Below, piece by piece: positions 8,452-16,964 of a DNA stretch of 32,000 bases. Under the pieces are notes generated by a model, which had not been told where the DNA came from, did no database searches, and saw nothing but the letters and a program-made list of their open reading frames with translations. Made by a program: the position numbers and the translations under genes. Within the stretch, counting starts at the first letter, position 1, and each line of letters opens with the position of its first letter. Origin of the DNA: Zestosphaera tikiterensis (GTDB taxonomy: Archaea; Thermoproteota; Thermoprotei_A; Sulfolobales; NBVN01); contig NBVN01000004.1 of NCBI GenBank assembly GCA_003056265.1, positions 390,001-422,000 of the forward strand, given 5' to 3'.

Positions 8452-9879
8452 TTACTGCGCGTACGCTATTAGCAAGTTAACGTCTATATCAGGTTTCGAC
8501 GGTTGCGGTGCCTCAGCTTTAGGTGTGGTTTCCTGTTTAGGTGGTGGTGCGCCACTGAAGAATTCCTTAGCGGTTTCAGGGAATAGACAGTAAGTTAACA
8601 CGTTTTCGTCTGTAGCCGGTACGCCTAACTTCATAACCTGATCCACACATTTACTTAGCTCCGGTTGTAGTAAATCTGCAGGTCTAACTGTAATTTCTTT
8701 AACGTTTTTCAACGCTACCTTCTTTAACTCCTCATTTATAGGTGCTGGTGGCTTCCCGTAAAGCCCGGCTATGTAGTTAATAACTTCTTTAGTTATTACC
8801 TTATACTTACCTACGACTACGTTTAACACGGCTTGAGTCCCAACTATTTGAGAGAGTGGAGTTACTAAAGGAGGCCATCCTAAGTCCTCCCTTACCTTAG
8901 GGACTTCATTAAGTACTTCTTTAAGTCTGCCTTCCGCTTTCAACTCCTTCAGCTGAGATATTAAGTTGGATATCATACCGCCGGGTATTTGATGTATTAA
9001 CACACCGTGATCAGGTATTAAAACCTTCAAATTAAGTAGTCCTGAATATCTTTCGCTGATTACTCTATCTAAGTATTCTGAAACCTCATTTATAACGTTT
9101 AAATCCACGTCAGGCCTTCTAGTTGGTGGTAAAGCAAAGTAAACTGTTTGAATCCCTGGTTGCGCCGACCCAAAAGCTAACGGACTTATGGCTGTATCTA
9201 TGAAATCAGCTCCGGCTTCAACAGACTTAACATACGTTGCTACCGACATACCACTTGTGTTATGTGTGTGAACGTTAACCGGGACTTTAAACCTCTTCTT
9301 CAACTCCGTAACTAATTCGTAGGCAGTAGTTGGGTCCAATATACCGGCCATATCCTTAATCGTAAGCATATCCACATCTAAGGCTATAAGTTCCTCAGCG
9401 AATTTTACGTAGTACTCAATCGTATGTACAGGACTTATAGTATAGCATATAGCTCCCTGCACTATAGCACCTAAGCTCTTAGCTTTCTTAACGCTAACGA
9501 TTAAGTTCCTAACATCGTTTAACGCGTCGAAAACTCTAAATATGTCAATACCGTTTTTAAATGCTGTTTCAACGAATTTCTCCACTACATCGTCTGGATA
9601 ATGTCTATAACCAACTAAGTTCTGACCTCTTAAAAGCATTTGAAGCTTAGTTTTTCTAACACCCTCCCGTATTAACCTCAACCTCTCCCAAGGATCTTCA
9701 CGAAGGTAGCGTATAGCTACATCGAACGTAGCCCCACCCCACACTTCAAGACTGTAGAATCCAGCCCTATCTAACTTATCTAGGATCGGCAGCATATCCG
9801 CAGTTCTAAAGCGCGTAGCAAGAAGTGATTGATGAGCATCCCTTAAGGTAGTGTCTATCACCCTCACCACAACTAACAC
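8452..9879 (-). CDS. HMGL-type carboxyltransferase (pyruvate carboxylase B / oxaloacetate decarboxylase alpha-like) without biotinyl domain
   Basis: 475 aa. Motifs DTTLRDAHQS, HTHNTSG and a conserved C-terminal carboxyltransferase region. It ends in a Pro/Lys-rich tail with no AMKM biotin motif. Confidence 0.88.
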   Translation of the reverse strand: MLVVVRVIDTTLRDAHQSLLATRFRTADMLPILDKLDRAGFYSLEVWGGATFDVAIRYLREDPWERLRLIREGVRKTKLQMLLRGQNLVGYRHYPDDVVEKFVETAFKNGIDIFRVFDALNDVRNLIVSVKKAKSLGAIVQGAICYTISPVHTIEYYVKFAEELIALDVDMLTIKDMAGILDPTTAYELVTELKKRFKVPVNVHTHNTSGMSVATYVKSVEAGADFIDTAISPLAFGSAQPGIQTVYFALPPTRRPDVDLNVINEVSEYLDRVISERYSGLLNLKVLIPDHGVLIHQIPGGMISNLISQLKELKAEGRLKEVLNEVPKVREDLGWPPLVTPLSQIVGTQAVLNVVVGKYKVITKEVINYIAGLYGKPPAPINEELKKVALKNVKEITVRPADLLQPELSKCVDQVMKLGVPATDENVLTYCLFPETAKEFFSGAPPPKQETTPKAEAPQPSKPDIDVNLLIAYAQ

Positions 9880-10353
9880 ACCTCTTACGTAAAACTACAG
9901 TCTTAAGTTAATAACCTTTTTAATAAATAACTCAATTAAGAATCTCATAGTTTAATTAACCTGAAGCACCTCAACATATCCTGCCCTAGATAAGAGTTTT
10001 AAACGCTTTTGAAGAGGGTTCCCACATCTACTTGATTTGTGGTGAACTTAAAAACCCTTAAGACCTTCTGAGATTAATTAATGTACCTTAAGAACGAGGT
10101 CAACACCCGACGGAAATGATGTATGATTAGAGTTACTGGGATGTGGGGAACATCACCTCTTAGAAGGTAGTGAGGAGGTCTTACTGACGTTGAAAAACTT
10201 ACGCGGATTAAGCTTCTCCTAAAGCACTTAAAGCATAGGTCGCTAGTGCTGTAGTTTCAAATGTTTATACGTTTTAACTAAAACCCAGGCAACTTCAGTA
10301 GTTACTTTAACTTTAATATTTAAATTATCCCCTATCGTAATTAGGAAGCTAGG

Positions 10354-11676
10354 ATGGAGAGGAAGGGACTTGCTAAGGTTTCGCTATCGTTAGAGGCTTT
10401 CTTCGGCAACTTCTATGTTGCTGTTTCTAGAGGTTTGTTCATTCCTATGCTTACGTATTCTGGCTACCCGCTTGATAGGGTCTCAACCATTACGTTTATC
10501 GCAGCAGTTTTTAATGTGGTGGTATCATATTTAATTTACTATAATCCGAGGTTTATGAGTAGGAATACCAAAGCGAAACTGCTTTTGTTTCACTTCATGG
10601 AACGCATTATTTGGACTTCGTTACCTTTCACGCTTTACTCACCCGATTTACTCACGTTGTTTTACGGGTTGGCTCAAGTAGTTACTATACCAGTAGGTGT
10701 TTTACTTAATATAGCTATGTTAGACGTTTTTAAAGATGAGGAGTTCGTAGAGGTAAACGTGCTTAGATCTGCCGTAGCTTCAGCAGCGTCTTTAATAGGA
10801 TCTCTATTCACAATCTACATCACCGCGTTATTAACCCCTCCCCAATCCTACTACGTTGCTTACGTGGTTTCCGGCCTTGTTGGTTTACTGGCTTCGTTTT
10901 CGCTAATACCATATGGTATGTCTAAATACTTTATCGAGAGGGAAGGCGAGAAAGTACCTGAGGAGGTTGAGATAAGGAAGGTTAACACGTTCTTAATGCT
11001 TGTCTTAATGATGAGCGGTGGTAACTTGCTTGGCCTAGCTTGGCCTCAAACGCTTAAGTTATTAGGTGCTCCTTTATACATAACTATAGCCCTCAACTTA
11101 GCCGGTAACATAGGAGGTATTTTAGGACCTTACTTATGGAGAGGCTATAGAAGCTACGTAGTAGCTATAGCTATAAATACGGCGTTTACTGCTTCAATAC
11201 CTTTAATAACAGTCTCATACGGTCATATAGTTGTTTCAGCTATTCTTTCAGCTACGTTTATAGGTGCTAACTTAATAGCCTCATCCATATACTCTAAGTA
11301 CGTTAAATCCTTAGGTGTTGTAAGGGCTTCCACATTCTTAACGTCTTCAAGCGCCGTAGGATTACTGACGGCTTCGTTAATTGGTAAGTACATACCTCAA
11401 AACCAGTTTCTTATTTACGGGCTAGCCGCATTTCTTAAAGCCCTAGCTTTACTAGTGGTTTTAATAGCTATTCCTGAAACCGCTGTAGTGCCTGTTAAGA
11501 CAGCCTACGGTTACGGCAAGTTAATCTATACCGCAAGCGTTTTAGGATATACGTTCACCGTTGAGACCTCGTTTAAGATCTTTAAGATATTTCTGCAGGT
11601 CTTAGCCTTAACTGCTTTAGCTTTGCTGTTGTTATTTATCTATGGTGTAGTAATTATTTTAACGTCGGGTGTGTAA
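10354..11676 (+). CDS. polytopic membrane protein (about 12 TM, MFS-like transporter architecture)
   Basis: 440 aa, hydrophobic throughout, with a central charged loop (IEREGEKVPEEVEIRK) splitting two 6-helix halves. Confidence 0.65.
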   Translation: MERKGLAKVSLSLEAFFGNFYVAVSRGLFIPMLTYSGYPLDRVSTITFIAAVFNVVVSYLIYYNPRFMSRNTKAKLLLFHFMERIIWTSLPFTLYSPDLLTLFYGLAQVVTIPVGVLLNIAMLDVFKDEEFVEVNVLRSAVASAASLIGSLFTIYITALLTPPQSYYVAYVVSGLVGLLASFSLIPYGMSKYFIEREGEKVPEEVEIRKVNTFLMLVLMMSGGNLLGLAWPQTLKLLGAPLYITIALNLAGNIGGILGPYLWRGYRSYVVAIAINTAFTASIPLITVSYGHIVVSAILSATFIGANLIASSIYSKYVKSLGVVRASTFLTSSSAVGLLTASLIGKYIPQNQFLIYGLAAFLKALALLVVLIAIPETAVVPVKTAYGYGKLIYTASVLGYTFTVETSFKIFKIFLQVLALTALALLLLFIYGVVIILTSGV

Positions 11677-12319
11677 GTTGGTTAATGAGTCGACTTTAGG
11701 AGGGTTGGCGCAAGCTTTCAAAACGTTATTGCTGGAGTTTGCTAACCTCATTCCATACGTGTTACTCGCTGTAGTTGTGCTTGTAGCTTCAGCTTTTCTA
11801 ATCAAGCTAGTTAATAAAGTGATTAGGTGGGTGTCTAAAACATTACGTCTTGATGAATTCGTTCGTGAGTTAGTACCGGGTGGTCTCAGGCTTTCAGTAA
11901 CGTCGTTAGTGATTTTACTGACTGACGTAGGCATAGCTTTAATTACTTTATTAATTGTGGTTCGCATATTTTATTTAATAGTGCCTTCAACAGCGTCTGA
12001 GATAATACCTTACGTGTCTAAATTGGGTAGCGTTACTGTAATGCTGATATTATTTGTTGTTGCTTTAGACCTCTTAAGCAAGGTAATAGTCTTTGAGAGG
12101 AAGACCGAGAGCTTATTCTTTATAGTGCTTTTCTTCTTGGGGTTAGCTATGATAATCGACCTTACAGGGCTTAGCGCTGACGTGAAGGCAGCTCTAGGTT
12201 GGGGTTTAGCCATAGGAGTTGGGTTGGCGTTAGGTATATTCGTTGCTTGGTTCCTATTCAGTGAGTATCTAGATAGGCTAGTTAAAGAGAAGGAGAGAAC
12301 CTCCGAAAAGTCTCCATAA
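11669..12319 (+). CDS. membrane protein, hypothetical (4-5 TM)
   Basis: 216 aa. The GTG start overlaps the upstream stop by 8 nt. Hydrophobic helices with a charged C-terminal tail. Family not recognised with confidence. Confidence 0.55.
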   Translation: MCKLVNESTLGGLAQAFKTLLLEFANLIPYVLLAVVVLVASAFLIKLVNKVIRWVSKTLRLDEFVRELVPGGLRLSVTSLVILLTDVGIALITLLIVVRIFYLIVPSTASEIIPYVSKLGSVTVMLILFVVALDLLSKVIVFERKTESLFFIVLFFLGLAMIIDLTGLSADVKAALGWGLAIGVGLALGIFVAWFLFSEYLDRLVKEKERTSEKSP

Positions 12320-12353
12320 AGATTGGAGGTTGTGTTTCTCACGAATGTGCAAG

Positions 12354-13040
12354 TCAATCACCGCGTGTCTTTAGGTAATACTTTAACACATCGTTAAAGT
12401 AATTCTGTAGCGAGCGTTTAGGACGCCCAATAGGGAAAACGTAGAGAGGCACCTCCTCAGGCGTTAGATTTAGTGTGGTCTTTACCTGATCATCTTTAAA
12501 AGCGCCTACGGCCACCGTTCCTAAACCTAAAGCGGTAGCCGCTAAATATATGTTCTGCCCTGCATGACCTACTTCAAAGTGAACGTATTGAATGCCCCGC
12601 CTACCGTAGTAACCTGTAGTCCTCTCATAAACGGCCGCAATGACTAAGCTTACAGGTGCTTCAGCAATGAATGTTTGATTTAAGCAAGCGCTAGATAAAG
12701 CTTCCCTGAAATCACCTGATTTAACAAGTTTTAAAGCATGGTTAGTCACGAGATATTCGTAAATACCTGCGGGTAGATCTCCACCCACGATAGCTTCCTC
12801 ACCAACAACTACGTATATGTTTAGAGGGAACGTCGCTCCAGCGCTTGGAACCACTCTAAAACCTCTACGTGGGTCTGAAATACCTTGAGAAGCCCATAGA
12901 ATTAAGCTTAACTCATCTAGTGTAAGTGGCTCGCGAGAAAAAGACCTAACGCTTCTACGAATCGCTAAAACCTCCCATAAGTTGGAGGTCTTTTTAGCTT
13001 CGGGTAGCGGTAAATAGTAAAGATTCATTAACTTCACCAC
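12354..13040 (-). CDS. SagB-type nitroreductase-family dehydrogenase
   Basis: 228 aa. RRSVRSF motif, LILWASQG, SAGATFPL. Typical FMN nitroreductase fold of the SagB/ThcOx subgroup. Confidence 0.85.
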   Translation of the reverse strand: MVKLMNLYYLPLPEAKKTSNLWEVLAIRRSVRSFSREPLTLDELSLILWASQGISDPRRGFRVVPSAGATFPLNIYVVVGEEAIVGGDLPAGIYEYLVTNHALKLVKSGDFREALSSACLNQTFIAEAPVSLVIAAVYERTTGYYGRRGIQYVHFEVGHAGQNIYLAATALGLGTVAVGAFKDDQVKTTLNLTPEEVPLYVFPIGRPKRSLQNYFNDVLKYYLKTRGD

Positions 13041-13117
13041 AGTTAATCTAGTGATTTAACGTAATATACGTTTCTAATCAATAAGCTGTAATTACGTTAT
13101 TATTAACATATTTTAGT

Positions 13118-13966
13118 GTGGATAACCATAATTTCAATGGGTATGTTGTTTTGAAGTTCGCTATAGATTTCCTAGATAGGAAACCTTTAGGCAAGAGCGG
13201 CGAATTAATACCGGCTGTAGGCATCGGTACTTGGGCTATAAGAAATGAAGCCAACGCTGAGAAAGCGTTGGTGAAAGCTGTTGAGTTGGGGCTGAACTTA
13301 ATAGATACGGCTGAAATGTATGGTAATGGACGGGCTGAAGAACTCGTGGGTAAGGTTATTAAACAAGTTGGGAGGGAGTCTGTCTTCATCGTAACTAAAA
13401 TGTTGCCTCAACACTTAATCGATAGGTATGAAGTCATTAAAGCGGGTAGGGCCTCTTTAAGAAGGTTAGGGGTTAGGGAGGTAGATCTATTCTTGATTCA
13501 TTGGCCTAACGAATTCATAAGCATTGAAAAACAGGTTAAGAACTTCGAGGTCTTAATAGATGAGGGTTTAACTAGATATATCGGCGTAAGCAACTTCGAC
13601 GTTGAAGCGTTGGAAGAGGCGGTTAACGCTACTAAGAAAGCTGATATCGTAGCTGATCAAGTTCATTACAGCGTCCTACATAAAGAAGTGGAAAAGCGTT
13701 TACTTCCTAAAGCGCTTGAGCTGTTAATAACGATTCAAGCATACACACCCCTCGAGAGAGGTGCGGTCTTAACACACCCTAAAGTTGTTGAGGTAGCGAA
13801 GCAAGTTAATAAAACACCCACGCAAGTCGCTTTAAATTACCTTATATCAAGGCCTTACGTAGTAGCTATAGTTAAGTCTGAAAACGAAGAACATGTTAAA
13901 GACATCGCTGGATCTCTAGGTTGGAGGTTAACCAAAGAACAGATTGAAGCCCTTGAGATGGTGTAG
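13118..13966 (+). CDS. aldo/keto reductase
   Basis: 282 aa. GIGTW, IDTAEMYG (Asp/Tyr), VTKM (Lys), LIHWP (His). Start is uncertain (GTG 13118 or in-frame TTG 13151). Confidence 0.9.
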   Translation: MDNHNFNGYVVLKFAIDFLDRKPLGKSGELIPAVGIGTWAIRNEANAEKALVKAVELGLNLIDTAEMYGNGRAEELVGKVIKQVGRESVFIVTKMLPQHLIDRYEVIKAGRASLRRLGVREVDLFLIHWPNEFISIEKQVKNFEVLIDEGLTRYIGVSNFDVEALEEAVNATKKADIVADQVHYSVLHKEVEKRLLPKALELLITIQAYTPLERGAVLTHPKVVEVAKQVNKTPTQVALNYLISRPYVVAIVKSENEEHVKDIAGSLGWRLTKEQIEALEMV

Positions 13967-14043
13967 CGTCAGTCCCGAAACCGTACATCACCTTTCAGAC
14001 AATCTAACCTACATCATTACTATATTTAAGTAAGTTAAGCAGT

Positions 14044-15216
14044 TTAAAAACCGTATTTAAAGAGTACTTCTTGCGTTTTGGCCAGACCATCACCAAATTT
14101 GAAGTTATAGCCATGTTTATACAGAGCTCTTTCAATAGCGGCTACCGTAGCTATTATGTCGTTAGCGTTTACAGAACCCATATGACCTACTCTGAAGTAA
14201 TTAACCTCCTTAAGTAACCCTCTAGCTATTAAGACACCCATACCCCTTACCGACGATACAAACGACGTTAAATCCACGTTCGGCGGTAGCTTTACGGCCG
14301 TGACGGTATGCGCGACATTCTCCTCTTTAGGTAGAAGCTGAAGACCTAACGCCTTAACACCCTCTCTAAAAGCTTCTGAGATCTGCTTATGTCTAGTGAA
14401 TCTCCTATCAAGCCCCTCCTTAAGAATCAACTCTAAACTCTTTTTAAGAGCTACGATCAAATTCACTGCTGGGGTACCGAAGTAGGAAGGTTTCCGGCTT
14501 TCGTAAGATCTCATAACATCGACCCACTTCCTTAAGTCGGTATAGTATGGTGAGAGATTATTGGAGACGTTCTTCAACTTCTCTAACGCTTTAGGTGAGA
14601 GCCAAAGAATGGCTAACCCGGGTGGAACCCCTAAAGCTTTTTGAGAGCCTGTAAACAGAACGTCTATGCCGTCTTCAACGATATGTATTTCCTCGCCACC
14701 AACGCTGCAGACGCCGTCAACTACTAGTAACGTATCTTTATTCCTTAACGCCTTGCCCACCTCCCTTACGGGCTGAAGTACTGCGGTGCTAGTGTCTACG
14801 TGAGTTAACGTAACTAAGTCATAGCTTTCTTTCTCAACGGCTGCTATGATTTTCTCAGGGCTTACAGCATCTCCTAAAACCTCAGGTTTAATCATATCAA
14901 CGTGTACCGGATATCTAGATAGCAACTCTGCAAACCTGTCGCCGAAATACCCGTTTGAAACTATAAGAACTTTAGAATCTTTTTTAAGGAAGTTAGTTAC
15001 CGAGGCTTCCATAGCTAAGGTTCCAGAACCTGCTATCACTATAGGTTGATATCCGTCAGTAGCGTTGACGACCTTTCTTAACATAGCTAAGGACTCGGCA
15101 AATGCGTCGACAAACTCTGAAGAGGTATGGTCTAACCCCTCCACAGCCATCTCTCTTAAAACGCTTGGCTCGAAGTTTATTGGACCTGGAACCATAACAA
15201 GTCTTCTTTCACTCAC
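14044..15216 (-). CDS. class-V aminotransferase (alanine-glyoxylate / serine-pyruvate aminotransferase family)
   Basis: 390 aa. PGP near the N-terminus and the PLP-lysine motif TGSQKALGVPPG. Confidence 0.9.
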   Translation of the reverse strand: MSERRLVMVPGPINFEPSVLREMAVEGLDHTSSEFVDAFAESLAMLRKVVNATDGYQPIVIAGSGTLAMEASVTNFLKKDSKVLIVSNGYFGDRFAELLSRYPVHVDMIKPEVLGDAVSPEKIIAAVEKESYDLVTLTHVDTSTAVLQPVREVGKALRNKDTLLVVDGVCSVGGEEIHIVEDGIDVLFTGSQKALGVPPGLAILWLSPKALEKLKNVSNNLSPYYTDLRKWVDVMRSYESRKPSYFGTPAVNLIVALKKSLELILKEGLDRRFTRHKQISEAFREGVKALGLQLLPKEENVAHTVTAVKLPPNVDLTSFVSSVRGMGVLIARGLLKEVNYFRVGHMGSVNANDIIATVAAIERALYKHGYNFKFGDGLAKTQEVLFKYGF

Positions 15217-15418
15217 GTTTAACGCACCATCACATAATTACTTAAATAACTTAATAAAGGGTGAATGTGTACAGAATTTAAAAACGCTTCAAACAACCCA
15301 CACTCAGAAATGCTTTTTAATATGTCATAAGCTAGTCGTACCTGACCTATGCTTGCTTAAAACTATTCACGCATCAGTTTCTGGGTGGGTAGTTTTGAGA
15401 GGTAGTAAGTTAAACATT

Positions 15419-16279
15419 ATGTTGTTGTTTATTGCGTGGTTAAGTATATCGATGGCTTCAGTTCTTGTTGTTTTATCCGGTACTTCTCCGGAGGTCTGTG
15501 CTTTCTGGAGGTTACTCATATCCTTTACTGTTATTTTATGTTATAGCGTAGTTTTCGATGTTGAAGCTTTAAGCTTCAAGGCCTTAAGCTTAAGGCAAGC
15601 TGTTAAATCCATGTTTTCAGGGGTTTCACTAGCTTTACATTTCCTCTTATGGATGAGGTCTCTGTTTTTAATACCTGTAGCGTTATCTACAACTTTAGTG
15701 GTTACGTATCCGTTGATAAACGTTCCTATTGAGAGGTACGTAACCCAACGTAAGCCCTCAATTAGGGAGTTGCTTGGATTAGCGCTTGCTTTCGCAGGCG
15801 TTGTAGTGGCTGTTAGGCCTTATTCCTCCACAACCGGAGGTTTAGAGGGGGTTTTCTTAGCTGTTGGTGGAGCGGTTTTAGCTGCTATATACTTTAGCTT
15901 AGGTAGGGATTTGAGGGTGTCGGGTGTAAAGCTAACTACCTATACGATACTTAGCTATGGTTTCGCGTCGTTGACTTTACTCACTTATGGATTGCTGAAT
16001 AGCGTAAGTCTAGTACCTGAGAGGACGTCTTCGTGGGTTTATCTAATTTTACTGGCTTTAATCCCTATGTTAGGAGGCCATACTGTAATGAACTATTTGC
16101 TAAAACACCTTAAATCATATGTAGTTACGTCAATTGCTTTAGGTGAGCCCTTAGGCGCTTCATTACTTGCTGCTTTATTCTTAGGTCAGGTACCCTCAAA
16201 TGAAGTGTTTATAGGGATGGCGTTAACTCTTTGTGGGATATCGATAACGATACTCTACGGTGGAGGCAGCGGAAGCTGA
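15419..16279 (+). CDS. EamA/DMT-family transporter
   Basis: The track ORF 15065-16279 is trimmed to the in-frame ATG at 15419, because its first ~118 codons run antisense over the aminotransferase gene and its promoter. From MLLFIAWLSI onward it is a 10-TM two-repeat DMT-like protein. Confidence 0.78.
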   Translation: MLLFIAWLSISMASVLVVLSGTSPEVCAFWRLLISFTVILCYSVVFDVEALSFKALSLRQAVKSMFSGVSLALHFLLWMRSLFLIPVALSTTLVVTYPLINVPIERYVTQRKPSIRELLGLALAFAGVVVAVRPYSSTTGGLEGVFLAVGGAVLAAIYFSLGRDLRVSGVKLTTYTILSYGFASLTLLTYGLLNSVSLVPERTSSWVYLILLALIPMLGGHTVMNYLLKHLKSYVVTSIALGEPLGASLLAALFLGQVPSNEVFIGMALTLCGISITILYGGGSGS

Positions 16280-16333
16280 GCATTCTCATCTGCTCTAACC
16301 TAGTTTAATACCCTGTTTAAAGTTGAAGCGTGT

Positions 16334-16777
16334 TTATAAGAGCTTTCCATACTTAAGTAAGGCGATGGACATATCCAGGAATTTACTGTCATCTATTAAA
16401 AGCTTTAACTCAGTAATAACTTTCTCGACGTCGTAAGCTATCCTAATGAATTTAACGCTTTCTTCATCCACATCCAGTAAAGTAGCGGAAGCTCTGAAGT
16501 CACCGTCTCTGGGTTGACCAACGCTTCCAGGGTTTACTACCTTAAGTTTCTGAAGTGAGCGGTAGAAAGGTATGTGTGTATGTCCTATGAATATGAAGTC
16601 GTAAGGTATGTCTTCACACCCTCCTCTTCTGGCGTTAAGTCTAAACTGCTTCTTAGCACTGAATAAGCTGCATAACTCCTCGTTTTTAAGCCAAGGATAT
16701 GTATAGCCGTATAGTGGAGATTCTAGGTTACAACTGAAAGCCCCGTCATATAACATCTTGGTTAAAGGGTTATCCAT
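16334..16777 (-). pseudogene. C-terminal fragment of a YfcE/MJ0936-type metallophosphoesterase
   Basis: The 147-aa ORF carries IGHTHIPF and NPGSVGQPRDGD (late metallophosphatase motifs). It lacks the N-terminal D-x-H, G-D and G-N-H-D/E motifs. The 5' end abuts IS-related repeat sequence at 16788. Confidence 0.65.
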
Positions 16778-16787
16778 AACCCCAAGT

Positions 16788-16870
16788 CCCCTAGAAGGGA
16801 TAGGGGTAACGGGCTGGAGACCCAGCCTAGGGCTAAACGAAGCGGATGTAACCCTAAACCTCCCCGCCTT
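16788..16870 (+). repeat. remnant resembling the RE/omega-scaffold of a diverged sibling IS element
   Basis: cccctagaagggatagggg...gagacccagcc...aaacctccccgcc parallels ccccttaaggagggg...aagacccagca...aaacccccgcc at 18335-18385, with the same order and orientation. Confidence 0.45.
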
Positions 16871-16917
16871 AGTAACACCGAGAACCCTCGCCTCTTTAAG
16901 GCGGGGATGGATAGGTT

Positions 16918-16935
16918 AAACTTATAAAGCTTTAA
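16918..16935 (+). promoter_or_regulatory. TATA-like box upstream of tnpB
   Basis: aaacttataaagctttaa lies about 35-45 nt upstream of ATG 16965, inside the left end. Confidence 0.35.
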
Positions 16936-16964
16936 ACTTACATAACAGTTAGGTTGGGAACTCT

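Noticed and set aside
8452-9879. Carboxyltransferase lacking a biotinyl domain as an anomaly
   Set aside because: Separate biotin-carrier subunits encoded elsewhere are common for this enzyme family. With no partner genes in the window, nothing can be concluded.
10115-10187. Possible C/D-box sRNA (aATGATGT ... CTGA)
   Set aside because: The box spacing is too long (about 60 nt between C and D). There are no credible internal D'/C' boxes and no terminal complementarity.
11659-12357. Minus-strand ORFs 11659-11967 and 12010-12357
   Set aside because: They are antisense to the 216-aa membrane protein gene, and their low-complexity Ser/Thr/Asn composition is typical of shadow ORFs. I likewise rejected 13078-13389, 14846-15049, 2912-3106, 4425-4646, 5175-5390, 5590-5844, 19275-19457, 21081-21269, 28593-28850 and 29310-29513.
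15065-15418. 5' extension of the EamA transporter ORF (first ~118 codons of track ORF 15065-16279)
   Set aside because: It runs antisense across the aminotransferase gene start and the intergenic promoter region, and it is Ser/Thr/Asn-rich with no TM character. The membrane protein proper starts at the in-frame ATG 15419.
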